Shown here: positions 20,324 to 30,117 of the stretch, in pieces
Numbering within the stretch: the first letter of the stretch is position 1
How the letters are laid out: every line of letters starts with the position of its first letter
Assembly (NCBI GenBank): GCA_964535215.1
Contig: CAZHST010000014.1
Coordinates: 13,297-72,401 of the forward strand
Direction: 5' to 3'
From: an uncultured bacterium
Lineage (GTDB): Bacteria > Methylomirabilota > Methylomirabilia > Methylomirabilales > JACQHM01
Length of the DNA stretch: 59,105 nt
Translations under genes and position numbers: made by a program
The notes under the pieces: model-generated
Database searches by the model: none
What the model was told of the DNA's origin: nothing
Seen by the model: only the letters and a program-made list of their open reading frames with translations

Positions 20324-21728
20324 GGAGGCTCAGATGGCTGGGCAGCTTCGAGATCGCCGGACAGGGACCTTTGATCCGGTTCAAGAGCGGGTCCCCCCGC
20401 AGGCCCTCGAAGCCGAGGTGGCGGTCCTGGGGGCCATCCTGCAGGAGCGGGAGGCGCTGCTCAAGAGCCTGGAGGTCCTCAAGCCGGAACACTTCTACCG
20501 GGAGGCCCACCGGAAGATCTACGCCGCCGCCATCAGCCTCTTTGAGCGAAACGAGCCGGTGGACCTCATCACCTTGACCCACGAGCTCAGCCGTCGGGGG
20601 GAGCTGGAGGCGGTGGGGGGCGCCGCCTTCCTGACCCAGCTCCTGGAGGCGGTCCCCACGGCCGCCAACGTGGTCTACCATGCCAGGATCGTTCGGGACA
20701 AGGCCGTTCTCCGGGAGCTGATCCGGGTGGCCACTGACCTGGTGGCGGAGGGGTATGCGGAGCGGGAGGATGTGGATGGGCTCCTCGACCTAGCAGAACG
20801 AAAGGTGTTCGAGATCTCCCAGGATCGGGTCTCCCGTACCTTCACCCCCCTGAAGCATGTCCTGAAGGAGACCTTCGAGTTAATCGAGAGGCTTCACGGT
20901 CGGAAAAGCCTGGTCACCGGTGTCCCGACAGGGTTCCGGGAGTTTGACGAGAAAACGGCCGGGCTCCAGCCTTCAGATCTCATCGTCATTGCCGGACGGC
21001 CCTCGATGGGGAAGACAAGTTTCGCCTTGGGGATCGCCCAGCACGCGGCCATCGTGGAACGGTACCCGGTGGCGATCTTCAGCCTGGAGATGTCCATGGA
21101 GCAGGTGGCCCTCAGGATGCTCTGCTCCGAGGCCCGTGTGGATTCGAACAAGGTAAGGACAGGCTATTTGAGCGGCGAGAAGGACTGGCGGCCCCTGATT
21201 GATGCCGCCAGTCGTCTCTCAGAGGCTCCCATCTTTATCGACGACACCCCGGGGAACACGGTCCTCGAGATGCGGGCCAAGGCGAGAAGGCTGAAGGCCG
21301 AGCAGAATCTTCAACTGGTGATCATCGATTATCTTCAGCTCATCCAAGGGAGGGGGAGGGCCGAGAACCGCCAGCAGGAGATCGCCGAGATCTGCCGGGG
21401 GCTGAAGGCCATGGCCAAGGAGCTGAACGTCCCGGTGGTGGCCCTTTCCCAGCTCTCCCGACGGGTCGAGGAGCGGGAGGAGGGGAGGCCTCAGCTAGCG
21501 GATCTCCGGGAGTCAGGAGCCATCGAGCAGGACGCGGATCTGGTCGCCTTCCTCTACCGACCAGGCCTCTACAAGAAGCCGAAGGACCCATCGGCCGCCG
21601 ACGACCGGACGACGGAGGTCATTATCGCCAAGCAGCGAAATGGCCCCACCGGGACGGTGAAGCTGGCCTTCCTGCGAGAGTATGCCAGGTTTGAACCGCT
21701 GGAGGAGGTCTACGGGGAACCCGCTTGA
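20304..21728 (+). CDS. dnaB: replicative DNA helicase
   Basis: N-terminal PPQALEAEVAVLGAIL, Walker A GRPSMGKTSFALG, conserved DnaB C-terminal motifs. Confidence 0.9.
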   Translation: MSSRRPEEAQMAGQLRDRRTGTFDPVQERVPPQALEAEVAVLGAILQEREALLKSLEVLKPEHFYREAHRKIYAAAISLFERNEPVDLITLTHELSRRGELEAVGGAAFLTQLLEAVPTAANVVYHARIVRDKAVLRELIRVATDLVAEGYAEREDVDGLLDLAERKVFEISQDRVSRTFTPLKHVLKETFELIERLHGRKSLVTGVPTGFREFDEKTAGLQPSDLIVIAGRPSMGKTSFALGIAQHAAIVERYPVAIFSLEMSMEQVALRMLCSEARVDSNKVRTGYLSGEKDWRPLIDAASRLSEAPIFIDDTPGNTVLEMRAKARRLKAEQNLQLVIIDYLQLIQGRGRAENRQQEIAEICRGLKAMAKELNVPVVALSQLSRRVEEREEGRPQLADLRESGAIEQDADLVAFLYRPGLYKKPKDPSAADDRTTEVIIAKQRNGPTGTVKLAFLREYARFEPLEEVYGEPA

Positions 21729-21731
21729 AGA

Positions 21732-22697
21732 TCAGGGATCCGGGAGGAGCAGGCTTTTCAGCCACACGTGGAGGGCGATCAGGAACCTTCGGGATCGGGG
21801 CAGGGTGATCCGCTGTTGGAACACGTTGTACGAGGCCTCCTCGATCTCCTGGAGGAGCTTGAAGTAGATCCCTCGCATGATCTCCGCGGCCGGCATCGAG
21901 CGGCGATCCTTCTCGGCCAAGGCAGCTTCGGCCTTTCGGAAGTATTCTCTGGCCCTGCTCCCCTGAAACCTCATCAGCTCCACAAAAGAAGCGTTGTAGC
22001 GACCCTTGAGGAGATCCTCCTCAGAATAGCCAAATCGCCGGAGTTCTCCCTGGGGGAGGTAGATCCTTCCCCGCGTGGCATCAACGGCAAGATCCCGCAT
22101 GATGTTCGTCAGCTGGAAGGCGATGCCTAGGTTCTCAGCGTACACCTTGGCGGTAGGGCTTGTGTAGCCGAAGATCTCGATGCAGATGAGCCCGACGGCT
22201 GAGGCGACCCGGTAGCAGTATTCGTAAAGCTCCTCGAAGGTCTCATACCGGGCCTTCCTGAGATCCATCTCCACCCCATCCACCACCAGCTCGAAATACG
22301 CCTTCGGAATCGCGAACCATCTCAGGACCTCCGAAAGCTTCATCGTGATGGGGTGGGCCGCCTCCCCACGGAAGCACCGGTCCAGCTCCTCCCGCCACCG
22401 CTTGAGTTGCTCCTCTGCCTCCTCGGGCCGTGGATTTTCATCAACGATGTCATCCAGGTGGCGGCAGAAGGCATAGACGGCATAGATGGCGTCCCGCTTT
22501 TTCTTCGGCAGGAAGAGGAAGGCGTAGTAGAAGTTGGAGCGGCTCCCCTTTGTCAATTTCCTGCTGTAGCTTCCAACGTCCAAGGGGATTTCCTCCCTCT
22601 TCAGACCCTTTTCCAAGCCCGTTTCAAGCCGGGAATTGTCACAAATTGTAGTATGGGTGGGGGGGAAGTCAAGGGAAAATCGGCCTGCTATGGGCAT
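21732..22697 (-). CDS. squalene/phytoene synthase family protein (HpnD/HpnC/SQS-like)
   Basis: YSRKLTKGSRSNFYYAFLFLP, YAFCRHLDDIVDE, NIMRDLAVD Asp-rich motifs. The start is uncertain; the listed ORF extends further upstream. Confidence 0.75.
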   Translation of the reverse strand: MPIAGRFSLDFPPTHTTICDNSRLETGLEKGLKREEIPLDVGSYSRKLTKGSRSNFYYAFLFLPKKKRDAIYAVYAFCRHLDDIVDENPRPEEAEEQLKRWREELDRCFRGEAAHPITMKLSEVLRWFAIPKAYFELVVDGVEMDLRKARYETFEELYEYCYRVASAVGLICIEIFGYTSPTAKVYAENLGIAFQLTNIMRDLAVDATRGRIYLPQGELRRFGYSEEDLLKGRYNASFVELMRFQGSRAREYFRKAEAALAEKDRRSMPAAEIMRGIYFKLLQEIEEASYNVFQQRITLPRSRRFLIALHVWLKSLLLPDP

Positions 22698-22828
22698 CCT
22701 CCTTGACCGGGGAAAGGGGAACTTGCTATCGTAGGTGCGTTTGCCAACCCTTTTCCAGGTTCCCCGGGTTGATCCGGTTTGTTGGGTTCCTGGGGACCGG
22801 GTCAGCCCTGGGAGGACGGAGGTGTCTG

Positions 22829-23749
22829 ATGGCCGGAAGCAGCGCTCCCCAACCTCGGGTGTTTCCCCCTCCACCCCCCACGGAGAGCCCCTTGGAGGGG
22901 GTCATTGACTTTCATGTGCATACCGGTCCCGATGTGTTCGGCCGGAGTTTGAATGATCTGGAGGTGGCCCGGAAGGCGGCCGAAGCCAGGATGGGGGCTC
23001 TCGTTTTGAAGAACCACGTGACCGAGACCTCCGGGCGGGCCTACCTCGCCAGGCTCCAGGTTTCGGGGGTCAAGATCTTTGGCGGCATCGTTTTGAACAG
23101 AGCCGTGGGTGGGATCAACCCCGATGCGGTCCGGTGGATGATCCGGATGGAAGGGGGGTTGGGGAAGGTGGTGTGGCTTCCCACTTTCGACGCGGACCAT
23201 CACGTCAAGTACTTTCAGGAGGCCTCTGACGGCATCCGGGTCGTCGAGGGGGGGAAGGTCCTCACCCAGGTCGAAGAGGTCATGCGGATCTGTGCCGATC
23301 ACGATCTCGTCCTCCACACCGGTCACGCCTCGGCCCAGGAGGCCCTGATCCTGATCGAGCGGGCCAGGGAGCTAAATGTTCGTAACATCGTCGTCACCCA
23401 TGCCCAACTGGCCGTCGTGGGCATGTCTGTCCCGGAGATGAAACAGGCCGCTCAGATGGGGGCCTACCTGGAGATCGCCTACATCGGTGACCTGATGGGG
23501 GAAACTGCTCACCTGGAGTGGATGCGTCAGTGGAAGCGGGTCAGCATCGTCGAATACGCCAAGGCCATTAAGGCGGTAGGGGCCAGGCACTTCATCTTAA
23601 GCACCGACCTCGGTCAAACGGGCAATCCTTCCCATGTGGACGGGTACAAGGTCCTGATCGCCGGTCTCCTGAAAGAGGGGATTTCGGCGAAAGAGATTGA
23701 CCTGATGGCCAGGAAGAACCCTGCCCGGCTTCTGGGGCTCAAGCTCTAA
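22829..23749 (+). CDS. amidohydrolase-superfamily TIM-barrel metal-dependent hydrolase
   Basis: DFHVHTGPD ... HVKYF ... LHTGHA ... STDLGQ metal-ligand pattern. Preceded by GGAGGacGGAGG. Divergent from the squalene synthase gene. Confidence 0.5.
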   Translation: MAGSSAPQPRVFPPPPPTESPLEGVIDFHVHTGPDVFGRSLNDLEVARKAAEARMGALVLKNHVTETSGRAYLARLQVSGVKIFGGIVLNRAVGGINPDAVRWMIRMEGGLGKVVWLPTFDADHHVKYFQEASDGIRVVEGGKVLTQVEEVMRICADHDLVLHTGHASAQEALILIERARELNVRNIVVTHAQLAVVGMSVPEMKQAAQMGAYLEIAYIGDLMGETAHLEWMRQWKRVSIVEYAKAIKAVGARHFILSTDLGQTGNPSHVDGYKVLIAGLLKEGISAKEIDLMARKNPARLLGLKL

Positions 23750-23774
23750 CCTTTCCCCTGGGGCGCGCTGGAGA

Positions 23775-24575
23775 TCACCCTCCAACACCAGGGTAGAAGG
23801 TCCTGGGAGAGGAAGCGTCCGCCTCGAGAGGCAGCCAGGAGAGGAAGTGGAGGAGAAAGGGCGCAAGGGCCCGAAGGGCAGCTCCGCTCGTCTCTTTAAG
23901 GCGCCAGAGGGAAGGGCCAACCTTTGGGCAGGCCAGAAGGGTCAGAAGGACCTTAAGGGGAGACACTTCCCCTTTCCTCCCCGTGAGCCGGTTAAAGTCC
24001 ATCCCCAATCGTTGATCGGAGGTGTCAGAGACGACACGGATAGCCAGGAAGGGGAGACGGGCTTGAAAGGCGATCTGGGCCACGGCGGCACTCTCCAGAT
24101 CAGCGGCAAGGGCTCCCGATCGGCCGGCCCCTCGTTTCTCCTCAGGTTCTATGAGGATCCGAGCCGACGTAAGCAGGGTCCCCTGACGGTAAGGGATCTC
24201 AAGGGCCTCGGCCGTTTCCCTGGCAAGCCTGAGCAAAAGGGGGGATGAGGGGAGCGGGCAGGGATCGGAGGAGGTCTGGTCGAGGATCTGTTCACCCAGG
24301 ATGATCTCACCGGGCCGGAGGTCCGGCTGAAGGGCCCCGGCGAGGCCAGTGGAAAGGAGGGTTGAAGGGCTAAAGCCTTCTACCAAAGTGGTGGCGGCGT
24401 GTCGGGTCCGCCCTCTGCCCATGCCGCTTGCCACGAGGACGATCCTCTGGCCTCCCAAGCTTCCGGTGAGAAACGAAAACCCTTGACGGTCCTCCCTCTT
24501 CCTCCCCTCAAGCTTCTTCCCCAGACCTCTCGTCTCCCGCTTGAGGGCCATCACGATGCCGATCGGCCGGTCCAT
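23775..24575 (-). CDS. hpnG: hopanoid-associated phosphorylase/nucleosidase (PNP_UDP_1 family, HpnG-like)
   Basis: Purine nucleoside phosphorylase family fold (VLVASGMGRGRTRHAA...AADLESAAVAQ). Located immediately downstream of shc. Confidence 0.65.
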   Translation of the reverse strand: MDRPIGIVMALKRETRGLGKKLEGRKREDRQGFSFLTGSLGGQRIVLVASGMGRGRTRHAATTLVEGFSPSTLLSTGLAGALQPDLRPGEIILGEQILDQTSSDPCPLPSSPLLLRLARETAEALEIPYRQGTLLTSARILIEPEEKRGAGRSGALAADLESAAVAQIAFQARLPFLAIRVVSDTSDQRLGMDFNRLTGRKGEVSPLKVLLTLLACPKVGPSLWRLKETSGAALRALAPFLLHFLSWLPLEADASSPRTFYPGVGG

Positions 24576-26443
24576 AGGGATGCACGCCCCAGGGCCAGTA
24601 AGGGGAAGTAGACCCGGTAGAGGTGATAGCGAAGGTAGAAGAACCTCGGGAAGCCGGTCCCGGTGAAGGCCTCCTCCGCCCAGTCCCCCTCTTCTCGCTG
24701 GGACTCAACCAGGTAATGGATCCCTCTCTTGACGGCTTCGGAGGCGCCCTCACCGGCGGCGAGGAGGGCGAGGAGGGCCCAGGCCGTTTGGGAAGGGGTG
24801 CTCTCACCGATCCCGGCGAAGGCCTTCCCCTCGTAGCTCTTGCACGATTCTCCCCACCCCCCATCGGGGTTTTGTTGGGCTTTAAGCCAGTGGACGGCCT
24901 TCCTGATCCAGGGCTGGTCCATGTCTTCGCCGATAGCCTTCAAGGCGCTTAGGACAGACCAGGTGCCGTAGATGTAGTTCACCCCCCACCTTCCGAACCA
25001 GCACCCCTCCGGTTCTTGCTCATTTTTAAGGAAGTTGAGGGCCTTGGAAGCCGGGGGGAATGTAGGGTCATAGCCCAATGTCCCCATTAGCTCTAGGACC
25101 CGGGCCGTCACGTCAGCTGTCGGTGGGTCGAGCAGGGCTTTGTGATCGGCGAACGGGATCTCGTTCAGAAACAGCTTGGTGTTGTCAGCGTCGTAGGCCC
25201 CCCATCCACCGTTCTTACTCTGCATCCCCAGGAGCCAGCGGAGGCCCCTTTCGATGCTTGCCTGCTGGATCTCGTGTTCCCCAGGCGGGAGCTTCACCCG
25301 GTGGAGGGCCATGAGGACCATGGCCGTATCGTCACAATCCGGGTAGAAGCCATTTTCATACTGGAAGCACCATCCGCCAGGTCTCAAGCCCGGTCGTTTC
25401 ACGGCCCAATCCCCCACGGTATCAATCTGCTGGGAAAGGAGCCAGCGGGCTCCCCTTTGGAGGGCAGGGTGGGAGGGATCGAGGCCGCTGTCTACCAAGG
25501 CGATGATAGTGTTGGCCGTATCCCAGACGGGGGAGAAGCAGGGCTGGAGGTGAAGGGTGTCCTCGTCCTCAACCTTTAGCTCATCAATCTCCCGAAGCGC
25601 CTTGGTGACGAGGGGATGGTCCATCGGATACCCAAGGGCCATAAGAGCCCAAACGGAATTGGCCATCGCCGGGTAGATGGCCCCCAGGCCTCCTGATCCT
25701 TTCATCCGTTCGAGCATCCAGGCCTCAGCCCTTTTGAGGGCCTTCCCCCTTACCCATTCCAACGGGTGGGCATCGTAGGCCCTGAGGAGACGGTCAAGGG
25801 TCAGGAAGAAGGTCCGCCAGCTCAGCCCTGTTCCATCTTCCTCGAACCACCGGGTGACCTCCTCCGGGGGGGTGACGTAAAGCTCGCGGATCCCCTGCTC
25901 CGGCGGGATCCTTTTCAGGGGACGTTTGGCGAAGATGATGAGGAGGGGCATCAGGACAGTCCTGGACCAGTAGGAGATCTCGTAAAGAAAAGCCCGGGGC
26001 AGCAGGGCGAGTTCTACGGGCATCGCCGGGATTCCCTTCCAGGGGTACTGGCCGAAGAGGGCCAAGGCGATCCTGGTGAAGATGTTCACCTTTGCCGCTC
26101 CCCCCTTGCCCAAGATGTTTGCCCTCGCCCTTCTCATGTGGGGGGCTTCGGGGGACTCCCCCGCCAGTTTCAGGGCGAAGTAGGCCTTGACGGTGCAGGA
26201 AAGCTCACCCGGTCCCCCATGGTAGATGGGCCAGCCCCCATCGGGAAGCTGCTTCCTCAGGAGATACCGGACTACCTTTTGATCCCGTGTCGGATCCAGC
26301 CGCCCGAGGAAGTGGTTTAACATCAGGTACTCGGAGGTCAGGGTGGAGTCCGCTTCCAGTTCAGCCACCCAGAACCCTTGAGGGGCCTGTCGCTTCAACA
26401 GATATTCTTGGGTCGTGAGGATCGCTGCTTTCAAGTGTTCCAT
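24551..26443 (-). CDS. shc: squalene-hopene cyclase
   Basis: 630 aa with repeated QW motifs, the DCDDTAMVLMAL catalytic DxDD motif, and GGWG repeats. Confidence 0.9.
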   Translation of the reverse strand: MEHLKAAILTTQEYLLKRQAPQGFWVAELEADSTLTSEYLMLNHFLGRLDPTRDQKVVRYLLRKQLPDGGWPIYHGGPGELSCTVKAYFALKLAGESPEAPHMRRARANILGKGGAAKVNIFTRIALALFGQYPWKGIPAMPVELALLPRAFLYEISYWSRTVLMPLLIIFAKRPLKRIPPEQGIRELYVTPPEEVTRWFEEDGTGLSWRTFFLTLDRLLRAYDAHPLEWVRGKALKRAEAWMLERMKGSGGLGAIYPAMANSVWALMALGYPMDHPLVTKALREIDELKVEDEDTLHLQPCFSPVWDTANTIIALVDSGLDPSHPALQRGARWLLSQQIDTVGDWAVKRPGLRPGGWCFQYENGFYPDCDDTAMVLMALHRVKLPPGEHEIQQASIERGLRWLLGMQSKNGGWGAYDADNTKLFLNEIPFADHKALLDPPTADVTARVLELMGTLGYDPTFPPASKALNFLKNEQEPEGCWFGRWGVNYIYGTWSVLSALKAIGEDMDQPWIRKAVHWLKAQQNPDGGWGESCKSYEGKAFAGIGESTPSQTAWALLALLAAGEGASEAVKRGIHYLVESQREEGDWAEEAFTGTGFPRFFYLRYHLYRVYFPLLALGRASLWTGRSAS

Positions 26444-26456
26444 CTCGCGTGAACCG

Positions 26457-27263
26457 TTACAACTTTTGACCGTGAAGCCCGACCCTCAGATCGCTGATGG
26501 CGACCGTCTGGGAGCCGGGGTCTGGACCCTTCTGTCCGTTCTTCACCCGGACGATGGAGAACCCGAGCAGGGGGAGGGAGAGGGCGAGGCCGATGCCCCC
26601 CAGGATCGGCTCGCCGATCCAGAAGGTCATGCCAACCCCGGAGAGAAGGATGAAGAAGTAGAGGAAAGGACCTCCAAGCCCGGGGGGCTTCGCCCCTGCC
26701 GGTACCCCGCTCAGGGACCGATCCATTACCTCGAAGAGCAGGAAGATCACCGCCCCCACGACCCCCCACCCCAGGAAGTTCGAGAGGGGAACCCCGAAAT
26801 AGATCCCTCCTCCTGGATAGTCATAGATCTTCCCTAAGAACCATCGGTCCCCCCGGAGGGCCAGGGGATCAATGATGAGATCCAAGAGGACGAACAGGAG
26901 GGTGGCTAGGGAGAGGATCCTCCAGCGCCGGAGCCCTTTCCAAGCGGGTTGGAGGAGGCGGAGGGCAAGGGTGTAGCTGGCATAGGCGAGGAAGGTAAAG
27001 GAGAGGGAGTCCATAAAAGGGATATTCAGAATCCAGAGTTCCCTCCCCTTCGTCCCGGGGATGTACACGTAGAGGCCGAAAGGGAAACCGATCCTGGTGG
27101 AGGAGAATTCGGCGGCGAAGGCGACTCCCCAGCCCAGGAAGGTGAGGAGGAGGGTCCGCTTCCAGCCCCAGGATCGGATCCCTGAGACGAAGAAGATCGC
27201 AAAAAAGATGAAGACATACGGCCTGAGCATCAGGGTAGAGAGCAAAAGCTTCAGGGACTCCAT
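26457..27263 (-). CDS. polytopic membrane protein of unknown function (possibly DUF422/carotenoid-biosynthesis-associated family)
   Basis: About 270 aa, 7–8 predicted TM helices. Embedded in the hopanoid operon between the FPP synthase gene and shc. Confidence 0.45.
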   Translation of the reverse strand: MESLKLLLSTLMLRPYVFIFFAIFFVSGIRSWGWKRTLLLTFLGWGVAFAAEFSSTRIGFPFGLYVYIPGTKGRELWILNIPFMDSLSFTFLAYASYTLALRLLQPAWKGLRRWRILSLATLLFVLLDLIIDPLALRGDRWFLGKIYDYPGGGIYFGVPLSNFLGWGVVGAVIFLLFEVMDRSLSGVPAGAKPPGLGGPFLYFFILLSGVGMTFWIGEPILGGIGLALSLPLLGFSIVRVKNGQKGPDPGSQTVAISDLRVGLHGQKL

Positions 27264-27282
27264 CGTCCTCCCGCATCCCTTC

Positions 27283-28230
27283 TCAGTGGCGCCGGGTGGC
27301 GAGATATTCCGCAATGGCGTGGAGGGCCCATGCCCGCCCGCCGAAAGGTTGGAGGGCCTCTTTGGCCTCCGCCGTCAGACGCTCAACCTCTATCTCCGAC
27401 CGCTCTTTCCCTAAGAGGGCGGGATAGGTCGCCTTTCCATGCCTCAGGTCGCTCTTCGCCGGCTTCCCCAGCTCCTCCGTCGTCCCGGTGACATCGAGGA
27501 GGTCATCCACGATCTGGAAGGCAAGGCCGATCCGCTCCCCGTACCGGCTTAAGGCCCCGATCTGTTCTTCGGAGGCCCCCGCGACCAACCCTCCGGCGAT
27601 GACCGACGCCCGGATGAGGGCCCCTGTCTTGTGGGTGTGGAGGTAGAGGAGCGTCTCCTGGTCAATCACTTTCCCCTGCGAGAGGATATCAACCGACTGC
27701 CCCCCGACCATCCCGCGGCTTCCCGCGGCCCGGGCGATCTCCTGGATCAGGGTGGAATGCCTCTCGGCGTTCATCCTTTGGGCAACAGCACCCTGGGAGA
27801 GGAGCTCAAAGGCCAGGGTGAGGAGGGCATCCCCGGCCAGGATGGCCAGGGCCTCGCCGTAGACCTTGTGGCAGGTTGGCTTTCCCCGTCGGAAGTCGTC
27901 ATCGTCCATGCTGGGCAGATCATCGTGGATGAGAGAGTAGGTGTGGATGCATTCTAGAGCAGCGGCAATGGGGAGGACACCTTCGACCTCCCCTCCCACC
28001 GCCTCGGCCGCGGCGATGGCGAGGATCGGCCGGAGGCGTTTCCCTCCGGCGAAGACGCTGTAGCGGATCGCTTCGTGGAGGAGGCGGGGGTAGGTCTCGG
28101 CCGGAGGGAGGAGCCGATCCAGGGCCTGATCAATTAGCCTTCGCCGTTCTGCCAGATAGGCCTCTAGCTGCGTCATCACGCGCCTCGCTCTTAGGTCATG
28201 CCGCCAGGGCCTGGGGCTCGACCGCTTCAC
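27283..28230 (-). CDS. polyprenyl diphosphate synthase (farnesyl/geranylgeranyl diphosphate synthase)
   Basis: First and second Asp-rich motifs LIHDDLPSMDDDDFRRG and FQIVDDLLD. Confidence 0.8.
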   Translation of the reverse strand: MKRSSPRPWRHDLRARRVMTQLEAYLAERRRLIDQALDRLLPPAETYPRLLHEAIRYSVFAGGKRLRPILAIAAAEAVGGEVEGVLPIAAALECIHTYSLIHDDLPSMDDDDFRRGKPTCHKVYGEALAILAGDALLTLAFELLSQGAVAQRMNAERHSTLIQEIARAAGSRGMVGGQSVDILSQGKVIDQETLLYLHTHKTGALIRASVIAGGLVAGASEEQIGALSRYGERIGLAFQIVDDLLDVTGTTEELGKPAKSDLRHGKATYPALLGKERSEIEVERLTAEAKEALQPFGGRAWALHAIAEYLATRRH

Positions 28231-29077
28231 CGACCCGGGGAGCCCGGTACCAGCTCCAGTAAAAGATCAGCTCGCTCCACTGGTGGATGACGGAGATGTG
28301 GAGGAACAGCTCCGCCACAGGGAAAAAGGCCTGGGGCCCGTTCAGCAGGGCCCTCATGGACCCATAGAGCCAGTAGAGGGAGAAGGCCAACGTCGAGCCC
28401 CACCGGATCATCCTGGCCCTCCCCGAGTCCAGGGGGTTGTTCCCCCGGGCCCGGGCCTTGACCGTGATGGTGGTGTTCCAGGTGAGGGCATGGGCGAACC
28501 CGTTAAAGCCCAAGGAGGCAACGATCCATCGGTTCGGGGTCGTCTTCCACTGACCGGGGACACCCTGCCCCGAGGCCTCCCAGAGGGCCTTGAGGATGGC
28601 ATCAACGATCCCGGTGACGAGGAGAAAGAGGGCCGGGTACGTGAGGAGCCAGCGCTCCAGGCCGTCCATCCCCCGCTCCTCCCCAAGCTCTTTCTTCAGG
28701 ACCAGTTGGGGCATGAGACCGTTATGGACGACCCCGTTAAAGAGCGAGTAGGCGATCAGGAAGCTTCCGTAGTGGTGGTGGAGCGGGGTGCCCTCCTTGG
28801 GCCAGAAGAAGATGGCAAGGGGGAGGATGATGAGAAGCCACTGCCAGAAGGTCAAGCGGTTCCTATGCCGTTCGGCATCCCGGTTCAGACCATACCAGAA
28901 AAACTGGGCCTCCCGCACCTGGTGGTGGAAGCCGTAGACCATGAACAGGGCGGCAAACGGATACGGAAGGGTGAGGGCCACGACGAGGGCGGGGAGGAGG
29001 AGGTAGCACCTCCGCCGGAGGAGGGCCGTCGTGGTGAAAGAACCATATCCCCAGAGGAGCTTCACACCTTCCTTCAT
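28196..29077 (-). CDS. integral membrane protein with histidine-box-like motifs (fatty-acid hydroxylase/desaturase-like), function unknown
   Basis: Multiple conserved His clusters (FHHQ, ERHRN, LHHHYG, VVHNG) in a polytopic protein. Located between hpnA and the FPP synthase gene. Confidence 0.4.
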   Translation of the reverse strand: MKEGVKLLWGYGSFTTTALLRRRCYLLLPALVVALTLPYPFAALFMVYGFHHQVREAQFFWYGLNRDAERHRNRLTFWQWLLIILPLAIFFWPKEGTPLHHHYGSFLIAYSLFNGVVHNGLMPQLVLKKELGEERGMDGLERWLLTYPALFLLVTGIVDAILKALWEASGQGVPGQWKTTPNRWIVASLGFNGFAHALTWNTTITVKARARGNNPLDSGRARMIRWGSTLAFSLYWLYGSMRALLNGPQAFFPVAELFLHISVIHQWSELIFYWSWYRAPRVGEAVEPQALAA

Positions 29078-29089
29078 GGCAAAGACCTC

Positions 29090-30103
29090 TTACGGGCGTG
29101 AGAGGGCAGGGACCCTTCGCTTCACGTAGCCGTTCTCCACGAACCACCGGACGGCCTTCTCCAGGGCCTCCTCGACAGGGGTCTGGGGCAGGCCCAGTTC
29201 CTTCACCGCCTTGGAGGCGTCGAAGAACATATACCTCTTGGCCATCTTGACCCCCTCCAGGGGGATCAGGGGTGGGCGCTTTGTGATCCAGTCGGCGATC
29301 CCCTTGTTCATGTAGGCGAGGGGGAGGACGGCCCAGTATGGGAGCTTCAGGGTAGGGGCTTTCAGTCCCGTGATCCGGGAGAGGATGGCGAAGATCTCGT
29401 GGAGGGTCAGGTTCTTGTGGCCGAGGATGTATCGCTCTCCCACCTTTCCCCTCTCGGCGGCGAGGAGGTGACCTTCCGCCACGTCATCCACGGCAATCAG
29501 GTTCAGGCCGGTGTCGAGGTAGCCGAACATCCTGCCGTTTAGGAAATCCACGATCAGCTTTCCGGTTGGGGTAGGCTTGACATCCCTTGGCCCGACGGGG
29601 GTGCTGGGATTGACGATGACAACGGGGAGATCTTCGTTGGCGAAGCGGCGGGCGACCTCCTCGGCGAGGAATTTCGATCGTTTGTAGTGCCCGATCATGT
29701 CTTGAAGAGAGACCGGGGTCTCTTCCGTTCCAGGGCCTCCTTCCCTGGGGAGCCCAAGGACCCCGACGGTGCTGGTATAGACGACCCGGGCGACCCGGGC
29801 CTTCCGCGCCGCCTCCAGGATGTTCTTCGTCCCCTCAACGTTCGTTTCGTAGAGCTCCCGAGGGTCGGGGGCCCAAAGCTTATAGCACGCCGCCACATGG
29901 TACAGTCGGTGACAGCCGTCCAGGGCCCTGTCCAGGGACCTGGGGTCCCGCAGGTCGCCTTGAACGCTCTCTACCCGGAGCCCTTGGAGGTTTCGAAGAT
30001 CGGAGCCCGGTCGAACGAGGACCCGGACGGCTTCCCCCCGTTTAAGGAGGTGGAGGACGACGGCCGATCCGACAAAGCCGGTGGCCCCTGTTACCAGGTT
30101 CAT
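29090..30103 (-). CDS. hpnA: hopanoid-associated NAD-dependent sugar epimerase/dehydratase (HpnA-like)
   Basis: MNLVTGATGFVGSAVV Rossmann motif, YxxxK SDR-extended signature, full-length HpnA-like. Confidence 0.75.
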   Translation of the reverse strand: MNLVTGATGFVGSAVVLHLLKRGEAVRVLVRPGSDLRNLQGLRVESVQGDLRDPRSLDRALDGCHRLYHVAACYKLWAPDPRELYETNVEGTKNILEAARKARVARVVYTSTVGVLGLPREGGPGTEETPVSLQDMIGHYKRSKFLAEEVARRFANEDLPVVIVNPSTPVGPRDVKPTPTGKLIVDFLNGRMFGYLDTGLNLIAVDDVAEGHLLAAERGKVGERYILGHKNLTLHEIFAILSRITGLKAPTLKLPYWAVLPLAYMNKGIADWITKRPPLIPLEGVKMAKRYMFFDASKAVKELGLPQTPVEEALEKAVRWFVENGYVKRRVPALSRP

Positions 30104-30117
30104 GGTCCCTGCGGCTC

